Positions 62,432 through 64,000 of a stretch of DNA of 64,000 bases are shown here, in pieces (position 1 is the first letter of the stretch; each line of letters starts with the position of its first letter). Location of the stretch: assembly GCA_010093995.1 (NCBI GenBank), contig ML992509.1, positions 790,178 to 854,177 on the forward strand, read 5' to 3'. The position numbers and the translations under genes are program-made. This stretch comes from Elsinoe ampelina (Eukaryota). The notes below the pieces were generated by a model. That model saw only the letters and a list, made by a program, of their open reading frames with translations, made no database searches and was not told the DNA's origin.

Positions 62432-64000
62432 TCATCCCCCTCCCATCCCCTTCCCCTCCCACTCCCTCTCCACCCTCCTCGCCTCCTCCACCGTAAACCC
62501 AATCTCCCCCCTCCTATCATCCGTCAACCGTCCCCACTCCAACAACAACCTAAACATATAAACCTCCATGTCCTCCTTCCTCAGCACCTGCCCCGCCCAC
62601 TCCCTCCCCGCCTCCGCAATCCCCATCCCTTCCTCCTCCCTCCCTCGCATCCGCGCGTGCTCCCTCCCCTTTTCCGCCGGCCATCCCATGAAATACACCA
62701 ACGTCGCCCAGAGCCCCGTCCCTCGCAGGTCCAGCGGGACGAAATGCGCCCATGCCTCGACGCGGTCGTCGTACCATTCGCGAAACAGGGCGGCCTTGAA
62801 GGGGAGGCTGCGGGACTGCAGGAAGGGTAAGAAGCGGCCTGAGAAGCCCGCGCCGTCGAGGTCGAGGAGGTACTTGTAGGTCCAATGCGATTGGAAATCC
62901 GTCGGGGCGACGAGTGGTTTCAGGGCTTGGGCTTGCGCGGTGCAGTCCGGCTCGCCGCAGCGGAGGATTGGGTCGGTGAATTTGACGTCTGGGGAGAGGG
63001 TGAAGCGGAGGTGGGACGAGGGGAGGTAGGTGTACTTGTACTTGGACGAGGAGGTGGGGAGGAGGACGAGGGCGGAGGGCGAGACGCGCGAGTTGAGGAG
63101 TTGGTGGAAGCGTTGGCGCACGAAGCCGGTCCAGGCGTTGGAGCTGGCGGAGACGCCTTCGGTGGTGGCGCCGCGCCAGAAGAGGATGGATTTCTTTTCG
63201 GCGTAGATAGGGTCAGGTAATTCGGAGGTGGGGGAGTAGATGGCTTTGTCCATGTAGTTCCAGGCGGAGGGGTAGAGGATGTCGTTGAATTTGGGGGCTT
63301 TGGATTGGGAGAAGATGGGAAGGAGTTTATGGGTGCCTTTGAAGGAGGCAGGAGAGGCGAAGAATCCGTGGAGATGGCCTAGGTCGGGTTGGGAGCAGAT
63401 GTCGTTGGACAAGCGCCAGTCGGAAAGGAAGATGACGTCGGAGTGCTGCTCGATGCAGGTGGTGCAGAGCTGTGAGCGATCCCATACGTGTTTGGCAGCC
63501 ATGGCTTTCCGGTTCGGACAGGCACGAGCGCCGTATGGCTGGAATATGTTCTGGTATGACAGCTCGTCAAAGGCGGCGCCTAATAGATTCCCGTCTGGGG
63601 GTGGATCTTGCCATGTTCCAGCTCGGTCCTGACTGAAGGACGGCCGAAGGTTTTCGAAACCGGCAGTAGACGTCGCGTGTCGCTTTTGTACGGTCGTCTG
63701 TTGTCGAGTTGCATCAATCCAGCCCTCGAGACCTGCCATGACTCTTGTTTCATCATTGGTGTTGAAGGCCAGATCCATGTCTGGAATGTGTTCCTCAAAG
63801 GGACGGATCATTCTCTGAACACCTTCCATCATCCACCTGTGTGTGTCTCGAACTTTGTATATGCTTGTCTTGCCTCCTCGGATAGCGAGACCGGTGACAT
63901 CGTTGTCCGGACTCGACATGGCTTCCCAGGTCCGACTTCGAAGCTCATTCGGCTGGAACAGGCTGAATGGTTCGAGATCTCTCCAAATGCTGTCAAAATC
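62432..64000 (-). CDS. Glycosyltransferase family 90 (CAP10/xylosyltransferase-like), 5'-truncated by the window edge
   Basis: PDMDLAFNTNDE, LPIFSQSK..FNDILYPSAW, LFWRGATT, YKYLLDLDGAGFSGRF, FREWYDDR..W.HFVP and LRKEDMEVYMFRLLLEWGRL. Confidence 0.92.
   Translation of the reverse strand, partial: DFDSIWRDLEPFSLFQPNELRSRTWEAMSSPDNDVTGLAIRGGKTSIYKVRDTHRWMMEGVQRMIRPFEEHIPDMDLAFNTNDETRVMAGLEGWIDATRQQTTVQKRHATSTAGFENLRPSFSQDRAGTWQDPPPDGNLLGAAFDELSYQNIFQPYGARACPNRKAMAAKHVWDRSQLCTTCIEQHSDVIFLSDWRLSNDICSQPDLGHLHGFFASPASFKGTHKLLPIFSQSKAPKFNDILYPSAWNYMDKAIYSPTSELPDPIYAEKKSILFWRGATTEGVSASSNAWTGFVRQRFHQLLNSRVSPSALVLLPTSSSKYKYTYLPSSHLRFTLSPDVKFTDPILRCGEPDCTAQAQALKPLVAPTDFQSHWTYKYLLDLDGAGFSGRFLPFLQSRSLPFKAALFREWYDDRVEAWAHFVPLDLRGTGLWATLVYFMGWPAEKGREHARMRGREEEGMGIAEAGREWAGQVLRKEDMEVYMFRLLLEWGRLTDDRRGEIGFTVEEARRVEREWEGKGMGGG

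Noticed and set aside
62275..62496. DUF3844 gene frame open ~73 codons beyond its TAG
   Set aside because: Much of it is the C-rich antisense of the GT90 3' end; no recognisable motif or readthrough context.

Overview
Gene-dense DNA from a filamentous ascomycete (probably a Dothideomycete; inferred from short introns with CTRAY branch sites, RIP and gene content). The first 1.24 kb is the RIP-destroyed 3' end (RT/RNase H, PPT, ~196-bp LTR) of a Ty1/copia element, ending ~480 bp upstream of SIN3. Most of the rest is conserved genes: SIN3, an inositol 5-phosphatase, a paraoxonase-like hydrolase, a 2OG-Fe(II) oxygenase, ECM15-like, MDM34, vanillyl-alcohol oxidase, KRE33, a BIM1/X325-like copper protein, LSD1-like, creB, YOS1, ALG12, RfeG-like, NPL4, SEC66, DUF3844 and a partial GT90. 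A ~8-kb decaying accessory island (24.0-32.5 kb) holds a PD-(D/E)XK nuclease-like pseudogene, another pseudogene, two broken paralogous Cys-rich genes and an intact BTB gene. The most notable signals are: (1) NPL4 has two homologous C-termini, selectable by splicing or retaining a 72-nt intron, and only one carries an NLS-like tail; (2) the SIN3 frame stays open for 184 protein-like codons after its TAG; (3) two adjacent genes need GC-AG introns; (4) a hidden peptide repeat with only synonymous differences lies in apparently intergenic DNA; (5) C-rich-to-G-rich skew flips recur every 3-18 kb. All calls come from reading the sequence and recalling motifs; no searches were run. Exon coordinates were derived by hand.
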